Of a stretch of 64,000 bases of DNA, positions 1 to 8,312 are shown piece by piece. Position numbers and translations under genes: made by a program. The DNA lies in assembly GCA_963808235.1 (NCBI GenBank), contig CAWEEQ010000004.1, forward strand, positions 1,952,001-2,016,000. The letters run 5' to 3'. Within the stretch, counting starts at the first letter, position 1. The number at the start of each line of letters is the position of its first letter. The notes below the pieces were generated by a model. It did no database searches and was not told the origin of the DNA. It saw only the letters and a program-made list of their open reading frames with translations. The DNA comes from an uncultured delta proteobacterium. GTDB taxonomy: Bacteria; Desulfobacterota; Binatia; Binatales; Binataceae.

Positions 1-508
1 CGACCGCGGGCCCTGCGACGATCGCAACCTGCCCGCTCGAGGAACTCCACGCGACGGCATCGGCGAATCTCTCCCGTGGCACCAGCCTCGGTAGTAGCGA
101 GTCCGCAGCGGGAGCCGCGAAAGCGCGCGCGGTGGCGACCAACGCGAGCGTTGCATAGAAAGGCCAGATGGCGCTCGGACTCGTGATCGAGAACACCGCT
201 AGCGTAGCTGCCGTCAGCGTTCTGACCAGTGCGCTGGCCGTCATGATCACGCCGCGATCAAATCGATCGGCGGCGGCTCCCGCGGGCAGTGTCATCGCCA
301 TCATTGGGATGAACTGCGCCAGGCTCAGGTATCCGAGCGAAAGAGGCGAGTGGGTTATCTTGTAGATCTGCCATCCGATCGCGGCCGATTGTGCGTTCAT
401 CGCGACGCTCGCGAGAAACGTCGCCGCAAGATAGACGCGAAACTCGCGAACCCCGAAGACGCTATCAGTTGAAACGAGATCGCTGTCGGACGGCGTTGCG
501 GAGCTCAT
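1..508 (-). CDS. MFS transporter (DHA3/EntS-like, MFS_3), runs off the window at its 3' end
   Basis: Manual translation from ATG at 508: MSSATPSD...FRVYLAATFLASVAMNAQSAAIGWQIYKITHSPLSLGYLSLAQFIP...LPAGAAADRFDRG (MFS motif A). Not in the ORF track because it is truncated. Confidence 0.85.
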   Translation of the reverse strand, partial: MSSATPSDSDLVSTDSVFGVREFRVYLAATFLASVAMNAQSAAIGWQIYKITHSPLSLGYLSLAQFIPMMAMTLPAGAAADRFDRGVIMTASALVRTLTAATLAVFSITSPSAIWPFYATLALVATARAFAAPAADSLLPRLVPRERFADAVAWSSSSGQVAIVAGPAV

Positions 509-543
509 GCGCGCGCGATTTTAATCACAACGCAGGATCGTCC

Positions 544-1926
544 TCAGACCCCGGTATCCTCGAATACACCCGTGTCCGGTGTGTGATTCTCGAATCGCAC
601 GTAGTGATTGATGTACGTCAGCTTCGCCGTGTCGGTCGGACCGTTACGCTGCTTGGCAACAATAATTTCCGCGACCCCCGGCTCCTTGCTCTCCTTCCCC
701 TTATACATTTCCTCGCGATAGATGAACGCGATCACGTCGGCGTCCTGCTCGATCGCCCCCGACTCGCGCAGATCCGCGAGCATCGGCCGCCGATTCTCGC
801 GCGACTCCACCTGACGGTTCAGCTGCGAGAGCGCGATTACCGGCACCTTGAGCTCCTTTGCCAGCGCCTTGAGCGAGCGCGAGATTTCCGCGATTTCTTT
901 TTCGCGCGATTCACCCGGCCGCGCCGACCTCATCAACTGCAGATAATCGACGACGATCAGTCCAAGATTGTTGCCGCGCTCCCGCTTCAGCCGCCGGCAC
1001 TTCGCCTTCAGCGTGATCGCGGTCGTATCCGACGAATCGTCGATGAAGATATTCGACTCCGACAGCCGCGCCGCCGCCTGCGCCAGCTTCGGAAAATCGC
1101 GCTCGCCGAGAAATCCCTGCCGCGCCCGCGCGCTGTCCACCCGCGCCTCCGAGCACAGCATGCGCAGCACCAGTTGCTCCTTCGACATTTCGAGCGAGAA
1201 GAACGCGACCCCCACTGGCGGGTCGGCATCCATCGCCGCGTAAGCCGCGATATTCAGCGCGAGCGCCGATTTGCCCATGCTCGGACGCGCCGCGATGATG
1301 ACCAGGTCCGACGGCTGGAATCCCGCCGTGATCCGATCGAGATCGACGAACCCGCTCGGCACGCCGGTGATCATTTCGCGGTTTTCGTAGAGCCGCTCGA
1401 GGATCTTCAGCGACTCGCGCGTCAATTCGGGCATCGTATGGAACGACGGCTTGATCCGCCGCTCCGAAATCTCGAAGATGCGATGCTCGGCTTCGTCGAG
1501 GAATCCATCGACGTCCGACGGCGCCTCGTAGGCGTTGCTCGCGATATCGGTTGCGATCGACGCGAGGCTCCGCAGCACCGCCTTCTCGCGCGTGATCCGC
1601 GCATAGTGCGCGACGTTGGCCGCGGTCGGCACTATCGACGCAAGCTCCGCGATATACGCCGGTCCCCCGACCGCTTCCAGAGCGCCCTTGGTGCGCAGCG
1701 CGTCCGTCAGCGTGATCGCGTCGACGGGCTGATTGTGGTCCGTCAGCGCGACCATCGCGCGAAAGATCTCGCGATGTGTCTCGCGGTAAAAATCGTCCGG
1801 AGTCAGGATTTCGAGCGCGTGGTTAATCGCGTCGTTGTCGAGCAGAATCGCGCCCAACACCGATTGTTCGGCCTCGAGATTCTGCGGGGGAACGCGCTTT
1901 AGAATATCGTCCGACGAAACCGCCAC
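544..1926 (-). CDS. dnaB: replicative DNA helicase DnaB
   Basis: PPQNLEAEQSVLGAIL N-terminus, Walker A AARPSMGKS, IVVDYLQLM, LSQLNR, DLRESGAIEQDAD, KQRNGPT; GGAGGAGG RBS before the GTG; no intein. Confidence 0.98.
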   Translation of the reverse strand: MAVSSDDILKRVPPQNLEAEQSVLGAILLDNDAINHALEILTPDDFYRETHREIFRAMVALTDHNQPVDAITLTDALRTKGALEAVGGPAYIAELASIVPTAANVAHYARITREKAVLRSLASIATDIASNAYEAPSDVDGFLDEAEHRIFEISERRIKPSFHTMPELTRESLKILERLYENREMITGVPSGFVDLDRITAGFQPSDLVIIAARPSMGKSALALNIAAYAAMDADPPVGVAFFSLEMSKEQLVLRMLCSEARVDSARARQGFLGERDFPKLAQAAARLSESNIFIDDSSDTTAITLKAKCRRLKRERGNNLGLIVVDYLQLMRSARPGESREKEIAEISRSLKALAKELKVPVIALSQLNRQVESRENRRPMLADLRESGAIEQDADVIAFIYREEMYKGKESKEPGVAEIIVAKQRNGPTDTAKLTYINHYVRFENHTPDTGVFEDTGV

Positions 1927-2028
1927 CTACCGCCTCCTCCAACAACCGCGCGCTCTGAATGTCAGGAGCGCAGATTATTTCCCATGCGATGTACGCATAC
2001 AACAATTACTCCATCGTCAAGCCAACGG

Positions 2029-2046
2029 TTGTCCACGCTGTCCACA
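2029..2046 (+). promoter_or_regulatory. two adjacent DnaA-box-like 9-mers upstream of dnaB
   Basis: TTGTCCACG (2029-2037) immediately followed by CTGTCCACA (2038-2046); each is 8/9 to the high-GC DnaA box TTGTCCACA. Confidence 0.55.
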
Positions 2047-2089
2047 GATCGGTGGTCGATCGCGCACCGCGAAGACGTGAGAAGAACTA

Positions 2090-2113
2090 GTGGCACGGGC
2101 GGCCCTGCCCGTG
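2090..2113. repeat. REP-like palindrome
   Basis: GTGG followed by the hairpin CACGGGC-ggccct-GCCCGTG in intergenic DNA. Confidence 0.4.
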
Positions 2114-2263
2114 AGAGACGGCGACTCCGTTGCCCTCCGCAAATGCGCAGGGCCCGTGCGCCCGCGCCGTGCTGAATGTAATCGCAGAGCTCGATGCGTG
2201 CGGCCTGCACGTCATCTGAAAAATTGTTCCCCTTGGGAAGCGGTCAGAGTTAGGTTTTCAAAA

Positions 2264-2962
2264 TCAGCGCCGCCCCGCGCGCCTCTTTGCGAGTATCGGC
2301 CCCGTTGCGATCCCAAACAAAAACCCGCCCACGTGTGCCCACCACGCCACTCCGCCCATCGACGCGCCTTGATTTCCCGCCGCGAGTCCCGCGTAGAGCT
2401 GCACCGCAAACCACAGGAACAGAAAAATCACCGCCGGGATCTCGATGAACTGGATGAAAATAAAAATCGGCAGTATCGTCAGGATTCGCCCGCGTGGATA
2501 GAGGACGAAATAGGCGCCGAGCACGCCGGCGATCGCGCCGCTCGCGCCGATTACGGGAACGCGCGACTCGGGCGCGATCAGTATCGTCGCAAGCGCGGCG
2601 GCGATTCCCGACGCGAAATAAAATGCGACGTATCGCCGCGCGCCCATCCGATACTCGACCGCGGCGCCAAAAATAAACAGGTAGAGCATGTTGCCGGCGA
2701 CGTGCAGCACGCTCCCGTGGATGAACATCGAGGTGAAGATGGTGATCGCCGGCCGTATCGACGTGGCGAATGCACTCTGATGCACGAAAGAGGCTTGCAT
2801 GTAGCTTATCGCCGCCGGGACCATCGCGAATCTGCCGACGAAGCTTGCGACGCGCGGGCCCAGGGAAAGCTCGTAGATGAACACCGCGACGTTCGCGGCA
2901 ATAAGAATCGCGTTGACCGGAGTCAGGCGGCGCGGCGCGGCGTTATCGCGAAGCGGGATCAT
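2264..2962 (-). CDS. rhomboid family intramembrane serine protease
   Basis: MIPLRD start, SMFIHGSVLHVAGNMLYL, catalytic GASGA and WWAHVGG motifs, multiple TM segments. Confidence 0.95.
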   Translation of the reverse strand: MIPLRDNAAPRRLTPVNAILIAANVAVFIYELSLGPRVASFVGRFAMVPAAISYMQASFVHQSAFATSIRPAITIFTSMFIHGSVLHVAGNMLYLFIFGAAVEYRMGARRYVAFYFASGIAAALATILIAPESRVPVIGASGAIAGVLGAYFVLYPRGRILTILPIFIFIQFIEIPAVIFLFLWFAVQLYAGLAAGNQGASMGGVAWWAHVGGFLFGIATGPILAKRRAGRR

Positions 2963-3248
2963 CAGGTACCGGGGTGTGCGAGACTGTTGCCGGCGCGGCT
3001 ATATTATCGGCGCGCAGCGGGGCTGTGCGAGACTGCGAGACAGTGAAACACTCGTCGCCTTGCGCGGCGAATCTTTCTTATGGTCGCGCTAGAGTCGGAC
3101 TTGTATGCTTGAGCCTGACCGCGTTGTGTGCGACAAGGATCGGCGGATCATTTGTAGTCCATAGGCGGATGCGCGTGTGCGAAACGCGATCCGGGAACGC
3201 GACCCGCGCCGCTAAGCGGGCGCGAATCTCTTCATGGAGGTCTCAATT

Positions 3249-3975
3249 ATGGAAGTCGTCTCGAGTGAAGTAACTGTTCCGACTGGCGCCGAGAAGATGC
3301 CGGCCCATCTCGCGCGCCCCGCGTCCGGCGGCCCTTATCCTGCGCTCGTCGTGGTGATGGAAGCATTCGGGCTCAACGATCAAATCAGGCGCATCACGAA
3401 CCAGTTCGCATCCGAGGGGTTCGTCGCGATCGCGCCAAATCTCTATTTTCGCCAGCCCAATAACGTCGTCGGCTACAACGATTTGCCGGGCGCGTTCCGC
3501 CTGATGGGTACCGTCAACGGCGACGGACTGGTCGCCGACATGTCTGCCGCGATCGATCTATCTGAAAACGCTCAAGGAGGTTAAGCCGTCCTTCGGCACC
3601 GTCGGATTCTGCATGGGCGGGATGGTTGCGTTTCTGACCGCATGCCGCAATCCCGCTGTCAGAGCCACCGCGCCGTACTACGGCGGCGGGATGGTGAAGT
3701 CGCGTCATCCTGGAGTCAAGGCGCCAATCGAATACGTCGAAGGTCTGAAGGCGCCGGTGCTAGCATTTTTTGGCGGCAAGGACGCATTCATTCCGATCAC
3801 TGAAGTCGATGAGTTTCGCGACGCGCTCAAGAAGGCGGGCAAGCCGGCCGAAGTGGTCTTCTATCCCGACGCCGACCACGGCTTCATGTGCGACGACCGC
3901 CCGTCGTTTCATCCGGTGCACTCCAAAGAAGCGTGGAGCAAGACCATCGCGTTCTTCAAACAGAATCTCGGTTGA
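3249..3975 (+). CDS. dienelactone hydrolase family protein, split by a +1 frameshift near 3558
   Basis: N-half VVMEAFGLN...AIAPNLY; removing one base at ATC GAT C TAT restores IDYLKTLKEVKPSFGTVGFCMGG (nucleophile G-x-C-x-G), then FGGKD and YPDADHGF. Confidence 0.9.
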
Positions 3976-3992
3976 AACGGAACGAGCGTATT

Positions 3993-4457
3993 TTGTTGAA
4001 ATCACTTTTCCGGGCCGGCGTTTGCCGGCCCGTCTTTTTTCTCGCCCTCGCCGCGATCGTGACGGCGACCGCGTGCTACTCCTCCGACTACGGGCGCACG
4101 ATGGCGGCGAACGTGGCGCTGCTCTCCGACTTGTCCGACAAACTCGCCGACTACTGCCGCACCGATTTCAAGCTTGACGATCGCCAACTCACGTCCGAGG
4201 AGATGGGCGAGTTTTACTACGCATTCAACAAGGCCAGCGCGTTCTCGTCCTCGACGCCGCGCGAGAATTCGCGCGCCTCGCATCGCGATTTTGTCGCGAT
4301 GCTCAACGCTTACGAACGCTTCGCGCACGGCGCCGACGCATACCGCCTCGGCGGCAAGTCCGACCCCGCCGTGCTCGCGTCATTGCTCTCGCAGCACCAG
4401 CTGATCAAACACCTGGCAGGGAAAGTGACCGAAGATCTACGCGCCGAAGCGCATTGA
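3993..4457 (+). CDS. hypothetical lipoprotein (start uncertain)
   Basis: Hydrophobic stretch FFLALAAIVTATAC resembles a signal peptide plus lipobox Cys; helical mature domain; GC3-rich codons. Confidence 0.6.
   Translation: MLKSLFRAGVCRPVFFLALAAIVTATACYSSDYGRTMAANVALLSDLSDKLADYCRTDFKLDDRQLTSEEMGEFYYAFNKASAFSSSTPRENSRASHRDFVAMLNAYERFAHGADAYRLGGKSDPAVLASLLSQHQLIKHLAGKVTEDLRAEAH
4011..4040 (+). terminator. Rho-independent terminator after the dienelactone hydrolase
   Basis: CGGGCCGGC-gttt-GCCGGCCCG followed by TCTTTTTT. Confidence 0.7.
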
Positions 4458-4469
4458 CGCGCGCGAAGC

Positions 4470-5150
4470 TCAACCCTTCCAGCGCGTGCCGTATTTATCC
4501 AGGTAGGCGACCTCGTTAACCGGCCGCCGCTTGATCGGTCCGAACTTCCCGCGTGGATATCCGATCGGCATCAGCGCATAGGTATGCACTTCCGGCGGCA
4601 GGCCCAGAATCTGTTTCACTTCATCTTCGTAGAACATGTGAATCGTGGTGAGCACCGTGCCAAGCCCGAAGCCGCGGCAGGCCAGGATGATATTCTGCAC
4701 CGCCGGATAGATGCTCGAGCCACTGCTGCGCGGCATGTTCTTCAATCCGGCGAGAGCGTCGGGCGGAAACTGCGGCGGCGGACCGGCGGGCGGAGTCTGC
4801 TTCAGGCACGCGACGAGCAGCACCGGCGCTTCGGCCATGTGATCGATCAGGTATGTCGCCGACGCCATCAGCTTGCTGTAAGTCTCCTCGCTCATATGCG
4901 GCGGCTTGACGCGGCCCGCATACAGCGCCATCAGGATTCCGCCGCCCTTGCGATACACGTCGCCGATCTTCTTTCGCTGCGCCGCATCTTTCACGACGAT
5001 GAATTCCCAACTCTGCTCGTTGCTTCCCGACGGCGCACGAATCGCCGCGTCGAGCACTTTGCCGATCACCTCGTCGGAAACCGGGTCCGGCTTGAACCGC
5101 CGGATCGCGCGCGCCGAGTACATCGCCTCGAAAAGTCCCATCTCAGCCAT
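4470..5150 (-). CDS. nitroreductase family protein
   Basis: ARAIRRFKPDPV, AIRAPSGSNEQSWEF, SIYPAVQNIILACRGFGLG, PIGYP motifs. Confidence 0.92.
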   Translation of the reverse strand: MAEMGLFEAMYSARAIRRFKPDPVSDEVIGKVLDAAIRAPSGSNEQSWEFIVVKDAAQRKKIGDVYRKGGGILMALYAGRVKPPHMSEETYSKLMASATYLIDHMAEAPVLLVACLKQTPPAGPPPQFPPDALAGLKNMPRSSGSSIYPAVQNIILACRGFGLGTVLTTIHMFYEDEVKQILGLPPEVHTYALMPIGYPRGKFGPIKRRPVNEVAYLDKYGTRWKG

Positions 5151-5184
5151 CGTCAAATCCTCAACTCAGAAGTCGTGCGAATCC

Positions 5185-5757
5185 TCACACTGGAGTGCGG
5201 CCGCTCGCGCTCTTGACAGGCGCCGGCCCCATCAGCGTCCGCATGACTTTCTTCGCCTCTTCCGGATCGCTGACCATCGGGCCGGGCTGATCGTGATGCT
5301 TCATCTCTTTGTCCGCGTCGTTGAACTTGCGCACCGTCGCGCAATATTCGAGCAGCAGGCCGTTGGGATCCCGGAAGTAAATCGAGCGGCACCATTCGTG
5401 ATCGACGACCGGCGTCACGTCGACGCCGCGGCCAATCAGTTCGTCGCGCCGAGCTTCGAGCGCTTTCACATCGTCGCAATGGAATGCGAAATGATAAAAC
5501 GCGCCCGGCAGCCCCTGCGCGCTGTTGATATCGGTCGCCCACTCGGTCGGAATCCCGGGCACCTTCTCCGGACACATGAACGCGACCATGCTCCCGTCGC
5601 CGGTATCCAAAAACACATGCTTGATCTTCCCGCCCTGCGCCGGCTCGAGAATATCGCACCACGCGACCGTCCAGCCCAGTTTGGTTGTATAGAATTCGAT
5701 CGTGCGATCGATATCGAGAGTCGCAAGTCCCAGGTGGTGAACGCCTGTGCGCTGCAT
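5185..5757 (-). CDS. VOC/glyoxalase family protein
   Basis: GVHHLGLAT...FYTTKLG, YHFAF, SIYFRDPNGLLLE; GGAGG RBS upstream of ATG 5757. Confidence 0.92.
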   Translation of the reverse strand: MQRTGVHHLGLATLDIDRTIEFYTTKLGWTVAWCDILEPAQGGKIKHVFLDTGDGSMVAFMCPEKVPGIPTEWATDINSAQGLPGAFYHFAFHCDDVKALEARRDELIGRGVDVTPVVDHEWCRSIYFRDPNGLLLEYCATVRKFNDADKEMKHHDQPGPMVSDPEEAKKVMRTLMGPAPVKSASGRTPV

Positions 5758-5872
5758 AACCTCGCCTCCTCCGGCCGTGCTTTGAACCGGCCGCTGAGCA
5801 ACTACTAACACGGCTCAGATCAGAGTCAAAGACTCCAGAACGATCGTTCAAGACCGTCGTTCAGGCGGTGCG

Positions 5873-6529
5873 TCAGTCGATCCGAATCAGCTTGTGCTTG
5901 ATCGCGTAGCGGACCATCGCGGCCGTCGAGCGCAAGTCGAGTTTCTGCTTGATGTTCTCGCGATGCGCCTGCGCGGTCTTCGTGCTGATACCGAGCCGCT
6001 GCGCGACGTTTTTGGTGGTGGCGCCCTCCCCTATCAGCTTCAGCACCTCGCGCTCGCGTCGTGTCAGGCGCGGCTGCATCGCGGCATCGCGGCGAGCAGG
6101 ATTGCGAAGCTGGGCGAGCACGATCGGCGCGATCGAGGGGCTTAGATAGCGGCGGCCGGAATGAACCGCGCGCACGGCGCTGACCAGTTCGGCGGCCGCG
6201 TCGGTCTTGAGGACATAGCCGGCAGCGCCCGCCTCGGCCAGCGCTTCGAGCACATATTCCTCGTCATCATACTGACTCAGCACCAGCACTTTGCAGGCCG
6301 GCAGATCTTTGCCGATTCGATGCGCCGCGGCGAGTCCGCCGATTCCGGGCATCCCGACATCCATTACCACAACTTGAGGTTTCAGTTGCGCGGCAAGCGC
6401 GACGGCCTGCTCGCCATTCGAAGCTTCGCCGACGACGTCGCATTCGGGCTCGAGCACGATCTTGAGCGCGTCGCGCAGGATGCGATGGTCGTCGGCGAGC
6501 AGGACTCGGATACGAGAACTCTCGATCAC
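5873..6529 (-). CDS. NarL/FixJ-family response regulator (REC + LuxR HTH)
   Basis: VLLADDH, phosphoacceptor VVMDVGMP, GYVLK, LTRREREVL...HRENIKQKL. Confidence 0.96.
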   Translation of the reverse strand: MIESSRIRVLLADDHRILRDALKIVLEPECDVVGEASNGEQAVALAAQLKPQVVVMDVGMPGIGGLAAAHRIGKDLPACKVLVLSQYDDEEYVLEALAEAGAAGYVLKTDAAAELVSAVRAVHSGRRYLSPSIAPIVLAQLRNPARRDAAMQPRLTRREREVLKLIGEGATTKNVAQRLGISTKTAQAHRENIKQKLDLRSTAAMVRYAIKHKLIRID

Positions 6530-8196
6530 ATAGGCTCCGGAATCTCGGCAAGAACCGTAGTGCGCCCGGCTCGCGACTTTACGATGAGGCTGCCCCCCAT
6601 TAGTTCAAGGCGCTCGCGGACGCCGGCGAGACCGCTACCGTGGCCGTTGCCCGAAGCATCGATACCGCGACCGTCGTCGCTGACGGTGATTCGCGCAGAC
6701 GAACCGGTGCGCTCGACGATAACCTCGATCGATTTTGCGCGCGCGTGACGAACGACGTTGGAGAGGGCCTCGCGCACCATCTGGAAGCATAGTTGCTGCA
6801 CAGGGCGTGATATTTCCAGGCCGGTGGCCGCGGTTGCGTGCACAAGTTTCGCGCTGATCCCGGCATTCGCAAAGCGCCGAAACTCGCGCTCGATTGCTTC
6901 GTCGAGGGTCGCACTTCCGAGCGTGGCCGGACGGAGTTCGCGAGTCTTGCGCCGCAGCTCGATCTCGATCTGTTTGAATATTGAGCGCGCTTCTTCGCGT
7001 CCGCCCTCCAGCGCGATTTTTGCGGCCGCGAGCAGCTGCGCCTGATCGTCGTGCAGGTCGCGGGCAATTCGCGCTCGTTCTTCGTCGATTCCAGCGAATA
7101 TCCTGAGCGCGAGCTTCTGGACCAATCCACGCCGGTTCGCCGCATCCAGCTCCATCACAAAACCCGTCACCACTGGACCAAGCCGTGCGACGATCGCTTC
7201 TGCATTCGCGCGCGCCGCAGGACTCGCACCTTCGCGCGCTCCGAGTGCGATCGCTCCCGCATCGAAGGGGAAACATACAAATGCGGGACACTTGGCATCA
7301 GCCGCGACGGCGCGAGCGATCGGCAAGCGTCGACGGAAACTTTCTTCGAGCAAGAGTCGAGTTCGCTCAAGATCAGATGTCTTCAGAGCCGGCGATGCCG
7401 CCGCAACCTTGAGGCCGCCCGTTTCTGCAGTCGCGACGATCCAATTGTCGAAGCCCGAATGCGCCGCGACCAATTCGCCGAAGCGTGCGAAGCGATCATT
7501 CGGCGGCGCCTGGCGCAAACTTCCGACGGCGACGTCGATGGCGCACGCCGCATCGCGTTCGCGTGCGAGCTCTTTCTTTGCGGCGATTGCGCCGCGAATC
7601 AGGTCACGGCCGTAGGTTCGCCAGAATTCCATCGAGTCACGCGCGTCTGCGAGCGCGATCTCGGCGAAAACAGCGTTCGCCAGAAGTTCAAGCACTGCTT
7701 CAAGTTCTTCACGTCGCCGGGATTGGCCATCTTGCGCCGCGCCGATCAGTACGATTCGTATCGCGCCGGCTCCGCCGACAAATGCCGATGCGGCATGCTG
7801 AATGGATGCTTCCTGATTTCCGCCCGCGCGCACGATCGGATCAATCTCACGCGCGGACAGGGCGACTCTCTGGATCGAAGCGGCGATATCAATTGAAGAC
7901 GATGATTGGCGACGAGGTTGCTTTGGACTGCTCGCCGCCAGGTCGCTCAGCCGATTGTCGAGCGCGGAGAGCGTCGCGACAATCACGTCGTGCCATCGCG
8001 AATCGTTCGCCGGCGCGAGCACCGTGCACTCTGCCGCTGCTGCGCCTCTCCACGCGATCGCACATCGGCCGGCAGGGAAAGCGCTCGCCCCCAAAGTAGC
8101 GATGGCCGCAATCCGATCGCGGAAAGACGTTTGCCGCGGTGTCGGTCGGATCGAGACGACCGCCATTCGATTGCGTTGTTTCAGAGCACTCGTCAA
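6526..8196 (-). CDS. sensor histidine kinase (HisKA_3 + HATPase), cytoplasmic, unusual N-terminus
   Basis: H-box EERARIARDLHDD, EALSNVVRHA, VSDDGRG, GSGLAGVRERL; 4-nt overlap with the response regulator. Confidence 0.88.
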   Translation of the reverse strand: MTSALKQRNRMAVVSIRPTPRQTSFRDRIAAIATLGASAFPAGRCAIAWRGAAAAECTVLAPANDSRWHDVIVATLSALDNRLSDLAASSPKQPRRQSSSSIDIAASIQRVALSAREIDPIVRAGGNQEASIQHAASAFVGGAGAIRIVLIGAAQDGQSRRREELEAVLELLANAVFAEIALADARDSMEFWRTYGRDLIRGAIAAKKELARERDAACAIDVAVGSLRQAPPNDRFARFGELVAAHSGFDNWIVATAETGGLKVAAASPALKTSDLERTRLLLEESFRRRLPIARAVAADAKCPAFVCFPFDAGAIALGAREGASPAARANAEAIVARLGPVVTGFVMELDAANRRGLVQKLALRIFAGIDEERARIARDLHDDQAQLLAAAKIALEGGREEARSIFKQIEIELRRKTRELRPATLGSATLDEAIEREFRRFANAGISAKLVHATAATGLEISRPVQQLCFQMVREALSNVVRHARAKSIEVIVERTGSSARITVSDDGRGIDASGNGHGSGLAGVRERLELMGGSLIVKSRAGRTTVLAEIPEPM

Positions 8197-8312
8197 CTCA
8201 TTCCCCTTCTGATGCTTCTGTAATCCTGAAGCAGGAGTGACGAGAGCGCGAGTGATTGCGGGGGGCGTCTAGTTACGCAGAGAACAAATTGTTACGCGAA
8301 AAACTCTTTCTG

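Noticed and set aside
391-1902. 503-aa + strand ORF, and many similar long antisense ORFs across the window
   Set aside because: Shadow ORFs opposite real high-GC genes (here dnaB); Arg-rich, no motifs.
3540-3620. Programmed frameshifting at the split genes
   Set aside because: No slippery heptamer or stimulatory structure is evident; an error is more parsimonious.
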